A stretch of 64,000 nucleotides of DNA, taken from a virus. Each line of letters opens with the position of its first letter. Position 1 is the first letter of the stretch. The notes beneath the pieces were generated by a model that was not told the origin of the DNA, did no database searches, and worked only from the letters and a program-made list of their open reading frames with translations. Where the stretch lies: the IMG/VR virus record IMGVR_UViG_3300025141_000034, positions 61,025 through 125,024 of that record; one strand, given 5' to 3'. Made by a program: the position numbers and the translations under genes. Below, one piece after another: positions 20,193-29,513 of this stretch.

Positions 20193-21068
20193 GTGATCAT
20201 CTCTCACAAGAATAGATTTGTCTTCTTTAAGCCTATGAAGGTCGCCGGATCTAGCGTGGAAGTAGCACTTAGTGAGCACTGCGATGATGGTGATATTTTA
20301 ACAGGAACTAATCACGTAGATGAGATTTCGTCAGATGAATATGAGTATCCTACAAGAAATAACATCGTAAAGCATACACATAAGGGAGATGTTGCATTAG
20401 CAATAATGAGGAAGACAGGAAATATTCACAAGGTCACTCCTGAGATGATTGAGGCGGGATTAAGAATAGAGATCTTAGAGCCGAGATTTCACATGCATGC
20501 GCTTCCAGAGCAGATCTTAGATCAGGACATTCTTAAAGAAGGGTATAGAAAAATAACTGTTGTGAGAAATCCGTGGGACATGATCATTTCATTTTTTTGG
20601 TGGTCATTCTATACATCTCCAAGCGGATATGTTGACTCTGGTGGCACCGTTCATGAGAGCAATGGTGACTTAGGTTTTACTCCGAGAAGTCATCCAGAAG
20701 CTGCTCCTCGACCGTTAGACGATGCAGATACGCTGAGTCGTAAGCTAGAGATCTTTTGTCAGCTGACAGGTGACTTTAAGGGTCCCTTGGGTGTTGAGAA
20801 AGATAAGAATGTTCTTGATTGGTTCATAGAGACGAATAAAAAGTATTATCAGATTGATTACGATTATGTGATAAGACACGAAAGCCTCCAGCATGATTAC
20901 AATCAACTCTGTAGTGATCTCGATCTGCCTCCTTCAAGACTGCCTAGATTAAAAAGCAGTCAGAGAAAGATAAGACTGCCATATCAGGATTACTTTAACG
21001 AGTGGACTAGGTCTCACATTGATGATAGGGTAGCAATGTGGATTGAAAAATTTGGATACTCATTTTAA
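20193..21068 (+). CDS. Sulfotransferase-family protein
   Basis: 5'-PSB loop FVFFKPMKVAGSS and 3'-PB motif VRNPWDMIIS; probable GTG start at 20193 (MIISHK...), ORF track start 20178. Confidence 0.75.
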   Translation: MIISHKNRFVFFKPMKVAGSSVEVALSEHCDDGDILTGTNHVDEISSDEYEYPTRNNIVKHTHKGDVALAIMRKTGNIHKVTPEMIEAGLRIEILEPRFHMHALPEQILDQDILKEGYRKITVVRNPWDMIISFFWWSFYTSPSGYVDSGGTVHESNGDLGFTPRSHPEAAPRPLDDADTLSRKLEIFCQLTGDFKGPLGVEKDKNVLDWFIETNKKYYQIDYDYVIRHESLQHDYNQLCSDLDLPPSRLPRLKSSQRKIRLPYQDYFNEWTRSHIDDRVAMWIEKFGYSF

Positions 21069-21086
21069 TTTAATGATGATATCTTA

Positions 21087-21093
21087 ATACTTA
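21087..21093 (+). promoter_or_regulatory. Putative late promoter motif ATANTTA (representative copy)
   Basis: Copies at 4500, 16622, 17065, 21087, 21750, 23107, 23117, 26241, 29479, 33017, 34741, 46079, 47362, 63294, almost all in short intergenic gaps before structural genes. Confidence 0.7.
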
Positions 21094-21098
21094 GCGTT

Positions 21099-21160
21099 AA
21101 GCCCGATGCACGGTATAAGGCGGAACCTACACGTTAGCATTGGAAGCATGTAGGCTTAAA
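21099..21160 (+). ncRNA. Candidate pseudoknotted 5' leader RNA
   Basis: CCGATGC (21103-09) pairs with GCATTGG (21137-43); CCTACA (21126-31) pairs with TGTAGG (21149-54); the stems cross. Confidence 0.4.
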
Positions 21161-21183
21161 CACAAAAAATAAAAGGAGAAATT

Positions 21184-21663
21184 ATGCCAAAGGTAAAATA
21201 TACATCATCTGCGGGACTAGTTCAGTCAGCAGGAGATGATGTTCAAATCGAGGGAACACTTCGTCTTCGAGCCACGAGTGCTCCAAGCCTGACAGTCAAG
21301 TATGCTGCAGCAGCTGTTCCAGGTACTTCAAATCAGACTATCACCATTGCCCAGCTAAAGACCGGCATTCTATATGACGATCCTGAAGGTGCAGGAACAT
21401 GGACGCTTCCGACAGCAACGTTGCTTTTGGCAGGTCTTCCAGGATATGCTGTCGGTGATTGTCTAGACTTTTCTGTCATTAACAATGCTACGACAGGTGC
21501 AGACGAGATAATTACTATGGCAGTGGGAACCGGTGGCACAGCTGCTGGAAATATGCTAGTTGCTGCTCCAAATGTTACTGAGGACCAGGAAAATTCCGGA
21601 AGTGCAATGTTTAGAATTAGAATTACATCATCTTCAGCGTATGTGTGCTATAGATTAGCATAG
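21184..21663 (+). CDS. Probable capsid decoration/head fibre protein
   Basis: Strong SD AAGGAG; own late motif and terminator; small Ala/Thr/Gly-rich beta protein near the MCP. Confidence 0.55.
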   Translation: MPKVKYTSSAGLVQSAGDDVQIEGTLRLRATSAPSLTVKYAAAAVPGTSNQTITIAQLKTGILYDDPEGAGTWTLPTATLLLAGLPGYAVGDCLDFSVINNATTGADEIITMAVGTGGTAAGNMLVAAPNVTEDQENSGSAMFRIRITSSSAYVCYRLA

Positions 21664-21685
21664 TACATCTGATTAATTGTCCCAT

Positions 21686-21724
21686 TAAAAGCACCTCTTT
21701 TTACAGGGGTGCTTTTATCATTTT
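21686..21724 (+). terminator. Rho-independent terminator
   Basis: TAAAAGCACCTCT...AGGGGTGCTTTTA followed by T-rich sequence. Confidence 0.75.
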
Positions 21725-21772
21725 CATATTTCACAAGTTGCACAGCTGAATAATTATCTATAGGGCTGCTTT

Positions 21773-23005
21773 ATGGCGTCTAGCATGAGAACCCTTAAGA
21801 AAAACTACAGGAAAGAACCACCAAAAGAGCGTAAGAAGAAAGAAACTAACTCTAAATTTTACGCCGACCAGGACATGGTGGAAAATAACCTAACGCTAGA
21901 CGATAATAGCAAGCAAGAGCGAAAGCCAGCCTCACCTAAAGGGGAGATTAAGAGAGATATGACCAGTACTAATGACGATTTTGATTTTGTAGCAGACTAT
22001 GATGATGCTGTGGTCGGAGAGAGTGAAACTCTTCTTCCTGGAAACACAGCACCTTCGTCACTTTCCGTCGGTTTTGTCGGTGTAGGTGGGGGTGGCGGAA
22101 AGATGGCAAAGGCCTTTATAGATCTAGGATTTACTCAGACTCTGGTTGTGAATACCACAGACAAGGATCAGCCAACTGAACTGGGAGAGGATCACTTCCT
22201 TCTCATTCCAGGTGCAGACGGTGTAGGAAAGAATGTTGAGTTAGGTCGTCAGATTCTATCTAATAATAGCGCACTTGTTGAGGATCATCTTAGATCTAAG
22301 GTTGGAAGAGTTGACTGGCTATTTGTTCTTGCAGGCGGCGGCGGTGGGACAGGAAGCTCTTGTTACTCACTGGACTCAGCACTTCAGCGATATCTTAAGT
22401 CAGTATCTGCTTCTGGAAATGTTGTCTATGTAGTGACATCGCCTACAGCGCAGGAGCTCTTGAACCCGACGATTAAGAAGAACTATGAGTCATTACTGTC
22501 AGATGTCACAGGATCAGCGCATGTGGTTATAGACAATGAGAGACAGCTACAGCTACTTAGAGGAAAGGTTGGCATGCTCGGGCTCTATCCTTCTGCAAAT
22601 AAGAACTTTGCAAAATTGATTGCACAGGTTCTTAAGCTATCTTCAGAATCTTCACCAATTCAGACATTTGATTCCAAAGATCTTGAAGTTTGTCTCTCAA
22701 CAAAGGGAAGACTCTTTCTCGGAACAACAGTTGTTAAGGATCCAAGCGATCTAAACCTGGGATCGATGATTTATCAGAACTGCATGACGAAGTCTCCATG
22801 TCCCTCACCTAGCGGTAAGATAAAGACAGGTGTTTTGTTGCTTGTAGTTACTGAGGCGATGGCCTCCGATCCGGCAATAAGCACTCAGCTCGAGGCTGCA
22901 ATATCTTATGTCGGCGGAAGAACTGATGCACTATTCTCAGGTGTCTACGTTAGAGAGGGATTGCCGGGGCTTGTTGCTATTTCTGCCCTAGGCGGAATTG
23001 AGTAA
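21773..23005 (+). CDS. Tubulin/FtsZ-family GTPase (PhuZ/TubZ-like)
   Basis: T1 VGVGGGGGK, T2 VNT, T3 GADGVGK, T4 GGGGGTGS, T6 VIDNE, T7-like FDSKD. Alternative start ATG 21959. Confidence 0.88.
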   Translation: MASSMRTLKKNYRKEPPKERKKKETNSKFYADQDMVENNLTLDDNSKQERKPASPKGEIKRDMTSTNDDFDFVADYDDAVVGESETLLPGNTAPSSLSVGFVGVGGGGGKMAKAFIDLGFTQTLVVNTTDKDQPTELGEDHFLLIPGADGVGKNVELGRQILSNNSALVEDHLRSKVGRVDWLFVLAGGGGGTGSSCYSLDSALQRYLKSVSASGNVVYVVTSPTAQELLNPTIKKNYESLLSDVTGSAHVVIDNERQLQLLRGKVGMLGLYPSANKNFAKLIAQVLKLSSESSPIQTFDSKDLEVCLSTKGRLFLGTTVVKDPSDLNLGSMIYQNCMTKSPCPSPSGKIKTGVLLLVVTEAMASDPAISTQLEAAISYVGGRTDALFSGVYVREGLPGLVAISALGGIE

Positions 23006-23143
23006 AAAATAAGAAATATTTATATACCCCGCTTTCAAAGATGCTGAAGACTTTACTCTGTACTCTTTGTTAAATATTTTCATCATTGAATCTCCCGTTT
23101 AAGTCCATATTTATGGATAGTTATCTTAGTAACCGGAGTGTCA

Positions 23144-24328
23144 ATGGCAACATTTACAAATACAACTAATCCCACACCTTTTGGATTTTTTGACTCTGAT
23201 GGTGACTTTAAGGCGGAAGCTGATAATGTAGTTACATTTGTCAAGAGAAAGATGGGAGATGATATTCTATCTGTTGAATTAACAAAAAAGCAGATCTGGG
23301 CAAATCTTGAGGAGTCATGTCTAGAGTATGGCTCAATATTAAATCAATATCAGGCAAAGTCACAGCTAATTCAGTTTCTTGGAATGCCAACAACAGGCTC
23401 AGATGGTCACATGTCAGGGTCAGAGAGCAAGTATCCAAGAGAGAATCTTGAGTACCTAATCAGATTTGCAGAGCCGTATGCCATGGAAGCTGGCGTGGGA
23501 GGCTCATATAATATGATCTCAGGCTCTATACAGCTAGAAATGAATAGACAAGATTATGACATCTACTCAGAGCTTAAGAATTTTGACGGTGACGTTATAT
23601 TCACGTCTGGATCAAATACTAGACCGAAGACAAAGCTTAAGATTAGCGAGGTCTTTCACTTTGGACCTGAGGCTGCATATAGATTCTTTGACACGACAAG
23701 TGCTATTAATTACTTGAATAATGAATTTTCATTTGAGTCGTTTACTCCAGAGACTATATTCTATGTTCTTCCTGTCTTTGAGGATATTCTTAGAGCTGGA
23801 CAGCTAGACTTATCAAATAGAGTTCGTAGATCAAATTACTCTTATAAGATTGTAGGAACAAATATTAGAGTGTATCCCACACCCTCTAGTGCTAACCCGG
23901 CAAAGCTTTATCTGAGAGTGATGTACTATCCAGATCCTCTAAATCCATCATATCATGATGAGACAATAGGCGGCGTATCTAATTTGTCTAATGTTCCATT
24001 TGGAAATCTAGTGTACAGTAAGATTAACAGCATCGGAAGACAGTGGATTAGACAGTATTCACTTGCTCTATCTAGAGAGCAATTAGGTCTAATTAGATCA
24101 AAATTTGGAAGTATCCCTGTTCCAGGGGCTGAGGTATCTTTAAATGGAGGAGAGCTTATAACACAGGGAAGGGCAGATAGAGATGCTCTTATCACTCAGC
24201 TAAAGGAGATGCTTGATACACTTACATACGATAAGATCATGGAGACAGCTGCATCTAGAGCTGAATTTATTCAAAAGCAGCTTAGGTTCTCACCCATGCC
24301 AAATGGGTGGACAATTTTCATGGGATAG
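23144..24328 (+). CDS. Neck/head-tail adaptor (T4 gp13-like)
   Basis: ILSVELT, WIRQYSLALSREQLGLIRSKF...LNG; position before tail genes. Confidence 0.8.
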   Translation: MATFTNTTNPTPFGFFDSDGDFKAEADNVVTFVKRKMGDDILSVELTKKQIWANLEESCLEYGSILNQYQAKSQLIQFLGMPTTGSDGHMSGSESKYPRENLEYLIRFAEPYAMEAGVGGSYNMISGSIQLEMNRQDYDIYSELKNFDGDVIFTSGSNTRPKTKLKISEVFHFGPEAAYRFFDTTSAINYLNNEFSFESFTPETIFYVLPVFEDILRAGQLDLSNRVRRSNYSYKIVGTNIRVYPTPSSANPAKLYLRVMYYPDPLNPSYHDETIGGVSNLSNVPFGNLVYSKINSIGRQWIRQYSLALSREQLGLIRSKFGSIPVPGAEVSLNGGELITQGRADRDALITQLKEMLDTLTYDKIMETAASRAEFIQKQLRFSPMPNGWTIFMG

Positions 24329-24331
24329 TAG

Positions 24332-24997
24332 ATGGCTAGACTTTTTATTACACCGCGTGAGATAGATTTCATCAATGATACAGCCAAGGAGCTTGTCAAG
24401 GACGTCATCGGTCAGAGAATATATTACTTTCAGATATCTGAGATAAAGACAAATGTCCACGATGTCTATGAGGAGGCTCCAGAGAAGATCTTCGAAACTC
24501 CGATAGCAATTGATGCTCTAGTTAAGTACGAGCCCCAGACAATCAAAACAAATAGATTTGGTAGTGAGGAGTATTATTCAATAGAAGTGTATATTCAGAA
24601 AAGAGATTTAATTGACAAGGGGGTCAAGATACTTGAGGGTGATTTTTTTAGCTACGGAACTGTATTTTTTGAAGTCATAACAGCACCAGATTCTCAGAAT
24701 ATTTTCGGAGAAATTGAGTATAAGAGCTTTATCACAGTTAAAGGAAAACAGGCTCGAGCTGGACAGTTTGTTTCGAAAGTGTTCGGACCTACAAGTGAGG
24801 AGTATACAGATACCGACGCTGTCCAGGAGACATTTGTTCAGCAGCGAGGATTTAAAAATAATAGGCTTGGATCAACAGAAGATGTGCGAGACCTACGTAA
24901 GAAGGGTGTTCTAGATGAGCCGATCTCAGGTCCGTCTGAGGTTTCAAGAAGAGGCATCGCAGGAAAAACTGGGTCAAGCTTTTATGATGAAAAATAG
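24332..24997 (+). CDS. Neck/head-closure protein (T4 gp14-like)
   Basis: Synteny after the gp13-like gene; DVYEEA..K, EGDFF pattern. Confidence 0.65.
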   Translation: MARLFITPREIDFINDTAKELVKDVIGQRIYYFQISEIKTNVHDVYEEAPEKIFETPIAIDALVKYEPQTIKTNRFGSEEYYSIEVYIQKRDLIDKGVKILEGDFFSYGTVFFEVITAPDSQNIFGEIEYKSFITVKGKQARAGQFVSKVFGPTSEEYTDTDAVQETFVQQRGFKNNRLGSTEDVRDLRKKGVLDEPISGPSEVSRRGIAGKTGSSFYDEK

Positions 24998-25008
24998 TGA
25001 GGTGATAT

Positions 25009-26220
25009 ATGGCTGAGGGAATTCCTCCAAAATTTGAAGGAACTAACGTACCTAGTGATTTTCAAATCCCATCATGTGGAATAGAGGATATTGACAGGGC
25101 TGTGTTTCAGCTGTTCGACGATAGGCTTAATTTTTCTATTGAGGTTGACGGAGAGTCAAAAAAGGTTCCTGTCGTTTTTGCCGCTGGTGAAAGATTTGCT
25201 CTTACTAGAAGGTCGGCAAATTTTAGAGATGTCAATAATGCACTAATCTTACCGATTATTTCAATAGAGAGAGGCGTGATAGACTACTCACCAGGACTTG
25301 GTGGGTATGGAACACCTATCGCCTCTAGGGACCAGATATCATACACAATTAAGAGAAGACTTAGTGAAGCTGACAGAGATTATCAAAATATAGTTAACAA
25401 AAAGAGACTAAAGCATCAGTCAAATGTTGCCACCAGGGGAAATTTTGGAAATACGTCTGCGTTTCCTGGGTTAGGTGCAAAGCCAGGAAAAATTGCATCA
25501 AGGAGAAATGGAACAAATCTTTCATTTATAGATAGCCCACCTGGATCTCTATTTGAATCTGATATCGGAAATAATATATTTGAAATCATCACTGTTCCAT
25601 ATCCTGAGTTCATATTGATTGAATACAATGTGACATTCTGGACTCAGTATATGCAGAATATGAATAAGCTTCTAGAATCCATGTTAATTCAATTTGATGG
25701 TCAGGAAAAAGCCTTTCAGATTATTACAAGAAATGGATATGAGCTCGTTGCTTATTTTCAGGGTCAGTTTACTGCAGATACTAATTTTAGCGATTACACA
25801 GATAGTGAAAGGGTGATTAAGTATAACTTCAATATAAAGGTTCCAGGATGTATTATTGCGCCAGACGTTGAAGGATTACCAAGTCCGTTTAGAAGATTTC
25901 TCTCAGCACCTCAGATAGAGTTTGGTGTTGATCAAGTCAATACACAGGTCTCATCAACAGCAGATAAGGGACCTAGTCAAAATAATATTAATAAATTTAT
26001 ATTAAGTGACGTAGAGGAATTAGGATCAGATGGTGAGCAACCAACACAGAGGGGTCAACGAGGTGTTAGACTCTTAGAGACAATTCAAAATCCATTCACG
26101 GGTGAGAAAACTCAAAAATTTGTCAAGGTTATAACAAGAAATCAGAGATCGGGAGAAACTGTTGCTAGCTCTAGAATTGTTGTCAATCTTGAAACAATAA
26201 ACGATACTGATACTGAATAG
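25009..26220 (+). CDS. Tail terminator/sheath stabiliser (T4 gp15-like)
   Basis: KVPVVF, LPIISIER, VPYP...YNVTFWT pattern; synteny. Confidence 0.6.
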   Translation: MAEGIPPKFEGTNVPSDFQIPSCGIEDIDRAVFQLFDDRLNFSIEVDGESKKVPVVFAAGERFALTRRSANFRDVNNALILPIISIERGVIDYSPGLGGYGTPIASRDQISYTIKRRLSEADRDYQNIVNKKRLKHQSNVATRGNFGNTSAFPGLGAKPGKIASRRNGTNLSFIDSPPGSLFESDIGNNIFEIITVPYPEFILIEYNVTFWTQYMQNMNKLLESMLIQFDGQEKAFQIITRNGYELVAYFQGQFTADTNFSDYTDSERVIKYNFNIKVPGCIIAPDVEGLPSPFRRFLSAPQIEFGVDQVNTQVSSTADKGPSQNNINKFILSDVEELGSDGEQPTQRGQRGVRLLETIQNPFTGEKTQKFVKVITRNQRSGETVASSRIVVNLETINDTDTE

Positions 26221-26283
26221 GACATTTGAAGTTCAGGTCAATAGTTATATGTGTGTATAGACTGATTTAGAGGAGAATGATCT

Positions 26284-29200
26284 ATGGCCGAACAGACCTT
26301 CAGATCACCAGGATTTTTTGAGAGAGAGATCGACCTATCCGGGAGAGTTCAGGAAGTTGCAGGAGTCCCCGCAGGTATCATTGGAACATCAGAATTTGGT
26401 CCAGCATTTATTCCCGTGACACTTGGATCGTTTGCAGACTTCAAAGAAAAATTTGGTGACTTAGACTCAACCAAATTTGGGCCCTACGCTGTTAATGAGT
26501 TTCTTAAGAATAGATCTGCAGTGACATTTATAAGGGTTCTTGGTGCCGGAGCAAATTCAGAAAGCACTGATATTCAAAATACTGTAAACCAGGGAACTGT
26601 TAAGAATGCAGGATTTAGAATTAAAGGGTCTGCTGCAACAGAGGCACCTGGTGAAAAGGGACATAAGGGTGCAGTTCAATTTATAGCTGCAAAACACGCC
26701 CTACAGACAAATGAGGCATTTGGCTATCCGATCTTTACTGATAATGATAGTTTTGATGTATCTGCCGGTGGTGATGTCTTTCTTGTCAGGGGGATGATCT
26801 TTACGTCAACTGGTAGCCGTGTACAGATTCTTCCATACTATGCAAATTATCCCGTTACAGCGTCTGTTGAGGATATTGCAGCAGTTGGACCTGATATCAA
26901 TGATTCCGTAAGCTATAAGAAGTTTAAAATAGTTCTTTCAAGCTCCGCGGGAGCAACATTTGCCAATGATGATGGAGTTGCTGGAATTAGAATCTACACA
27001 GCGTCACTTAACCCAACAAGCGATGACTACATTGGAAAGACATTAAATACAGACCCCACTAGATTTCAGGAGGAGCAGCACCTGCTCTACGCTGACTTCG
27101 CTGTAGAGGATGAGGTTGCATCTGTTACATCCTATGTTGCAATTCTTTCAGGATCAGCGTCAACATCTGCTGGGTCAGGAGATACCTCACAGACTTATCG
27201 TGATATGTACGGTAGATTTGACACAAGATATAGTCCATCAAAGACAACGTTCTTTACGTCGCAGTTATTTGGAAATGTTAAGTACAATCTCTTTCACTTT
27301 GAGACCATCTCTGACGGAGCAAATACATGTGACAAGTATAAGATCTCAATATCAAACCTTAGAAAGTCAACTGACCCCAGTGTTGAGTATGGATCGTTTA
27401 CAGTTTTGGTAAGAAATTTTGGTGACTCTGATACAAGTCCAGAAATCTTAGAGCAGTATCCCCTTTGCACACTTGACCCAACTGATGAAAATTTCGTTGG
27501 AAGAAAGATCGGTGACCTTAGTGTTAAGTACAATTTTGATGCACTAAGTGAGGATGAAAGAAGATTTGTTGTGAAGGGAGATTATCCAAATGTCTCTAGC
27601 AGGATTAGGATTGTCTTTAGTGACGATCTAAAGAATGGAAATGTTCCAGCTAGCGCACTACCCTTTGGATTTAGAGGTCTACCAGCGCTGAAGACAAATA
27701 ATCTGCTTTCTGATACGACATCGACATCAGACGTAAGGCAAATTATTAAAGACGTCTTAAACGGAGGCTCAGACGGAACAAGACTGGCATTCATTACCGG
27801 ATCAAATTCAGGGCGACCTGGAATTGCAGACGGTGGTGTAATAGTAGGGTCAATTGTTCCACCAGTTCCGATGACGTTTAAAGCAACTCAGGGAACCATG
27901 GGAACTTCTGGATATGCCGGGAAGCCAGGAACTAATGAGAGGGTTAATTCAAAGTACTACTGGGGTGTGAAGACAACACGAGTCCCACTGACAGGATCTC
28001 TGTCTAATGCTGTGTTGAATTCAAACGCATCATCAGAGACAAATGAGCTAGTCAGAAGTTATACAAAGCTCTTAGGTATTCAAAAGCTAGATGCTCTTGT
28101 TACCGGCTCAGGCGCAGATGTCTTCTGTAGTAATGAGTTTACCCTTAATAAGGTTGCTTTAAGCACAACACTTGAAAGCGGTGCAACAACAAGAACGTTA
28201 ATTAATACAATTGTACAGAGCCTTACTGGAACTGCAGATGAGCACATGCTAGAGGCTGCGTATATTAGAGATGGAAGAATCAGCAAAGGAAAGAGTTACA
28301 CAGTTAGAGAGAAGGGTGTTGCAGACCACAGAGTATCGCTAGGTTCTCTCTTAACGTTGACATCGTCAGTATATTTTAACAGGTTTACAAAGTACGCAAA
28401 ATTCACTAACATCATGCACGGCGGATTTGATGGAAATAATATTCTAGATCTGGACATGTCAAGAATGAATGATAGAGCAACAACAGTTGACTCTAGAGGA
28501 AAGGCCGGAAGGTCCAGACCGGAAGGTTCGACAGATCTTGATACCGGTCTAGATGCAACATCTACAAGTGGAGCAGGAAAGAATAACAATGCTGTCTTCT
28601 CATACAGATCAGCAATTGATATCATGACAGATCCGATGGTGACAAGAATTAATATTCTAGCTGTTCCTGGAATTAGAGAAGGCTTTGTGACTGATCACGC
28701 AGCTGATAAGACAAGGGAGTATAGCCAGGCAATATATCTGATGGATATTCCAAGCTACACAGACGGTGATGTTAGGATATTTACCAGCGATGACTTTAGG
28801 CCCAATGTCACAAAGACGCGAGACAGGCTTGATAGAAGATCAATAGATAACAACTACGCTGCAACCTATTTTCCTGACGTCACAATCACAGACGATAGGA
28901 ATGGAAATGCTGTTAGGGTTCCATCTTCTGTTATAGCGCTTTCTGCACTTGGATTCAATGACGCAGTTTCTTATCCCTGGTTCGCACCCGCAGGATTTAA
29001 TAGAGCTGCTTTGTCAAATGTTGTCAACGTTGCAACAAGATTAAATAATGCTGATAGAGATGATCTGTACGATTCCAGAATTAATCCGATAGCATCTTTC
29101 CCACAAGCTGGGTTTGTTATATTCGGTCAGAAGACGCTACAGCAGGCAAAGTCTGCGCTAGACAGGGTAAACGTGAGAAGAATGCTTCTGGAGGTTAAGA

Positions 29201-29475
29201 GAATAGTCTCTAATGCAGCTAAAAAGCTGGTGTTTGAACAAAATACACCTGCCACAAGATCAAAATTCATAGCTCAGGTAACTCCCATGCTAGCAACAAT
29301 TCAAAGCCAGCAGGGAATAGATAAGTTCCGTGTAGTTATGGATGAGAGTAACAATACTGTAGAGGATATTGAATCTAATAAGCTGAACGGAAGAATAGTT
29401 CTAGTTCCCACAAGAGCAATTGAATTTATTGCTATTGATTTCATTATCACTAATTCAGGTGTAAGCTTTGAGTAA
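26284..29475 (+). CDS. Tail sheath protein 1 (T4 gp18-like)
   Basis: SPGFFEREIDLS, GPAFIP, PWFAPAGFNR, INPI, FGQKTL, DRVNVRRML. Confidence 0.95.
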   Translation: MAEQTFRSPGFFEREIDLSGRVQEVAGVPAGIIGTSEFGPAFIPVTLGSFADFKEKFGDLDSTKFGPYAVNEFLKNRSAVTFIRVLGAGANSESTDIQNTVNQGTVKNAGFRIKGSAATEAPGEKGHKGAVQFIAAKHALQTNEAFGYPIFTDNDSFDVSAGGDVFLVRGMIFTSTGSRVQILPYYANYPVTASVEDIAAVGPDINDSVSYKKFKIVLSSSAGATFANDDGVAGIRIYTASLNPTSDDYIGKTLNTDPTRFQEEQHLLYADFAVEDEVASVTSYVAILSGSASTSAGSGDTSQTYRDMYGRFDTRYSPSKTTFFTSQLFGNVKYNLFHFETISDGANTCDKYKISISNLRKSTDPSVEYGSFTVLVRNFGDSDTSPEILEQYPLCTLDPTDENFVGRKIGDLSVKYNFDALSEDERRFVVKGDYPNVSSRIRIVFSDDLKNGNVPASALPFGFRGLPALKTNNLLSDTTSTSDVRQIIKDVLNGGSDGTRLAFITGSNSGRPGIADGGVIVGSIVPPVPMTFKATQGTMGTSGYAGKPGTNERVNSKYYWGVKTTRVPLTGSLSNAVLNSNASSETNELVRSYTKLLGIQKLDALVTGSGADVFCSNEFTLNKVALSTTLESGATTRTLINTIVQSLTGTADEHMLEAAYIRDGRISKGKSYTVREKGVADHRVSLGSLLTLTSSVYFNRFTKYAKFTNIMHGGFDGNNILDLDMSRMNDRATTVDSRGKAGRSRPEGSTDLDTGLDATSTSGAGKNNNAVFSYRSAIDIMTDPMVTRINILAVPGIREGFVTDHAADKTREYSQAIYLMDIPSYTDGDVRIFTSDDFRPNVTKTRDRLDRRSIDNNYAATYFPDVTITDDRNGNAVRVPSSVIALSALGFNDAVSYPWFAPAGFNRAALSNVVNVATRLNNADRDDLYDSRINPIASFPQAGFVIFGQKTLQQAKSALDRVNVRRMLLEVKRIVSNAAKKLVFEQNTPATRSKFIAQVTPMLATIQSQQGIDKFRVVMDESNNTVEDIESNKLNGRIVLVPTRAIEFIAIDFIITNSGVSFE

Positions 29476-29513
29476 TCTATATTTAATGATTAGAGTTTTT
29501 AGAGAGGATTGGA

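Noticed and set aside
21099-21160. HDV-like/theta ribozyme or SAM-II/preQ1 riboswitch
   Set aside because: No P3/L3 or P1.1 elements, and the conserved ligand-binding nucleotides do not match by eye.
21773-23005. Nucleus-forming phiKZ-like phage inferred from tubulin
   Set aside because: Structural and replication genes are T4-type. No chimallin or multisubunit RNAP is recognisable in this window, though the rest of the genome is unseen.
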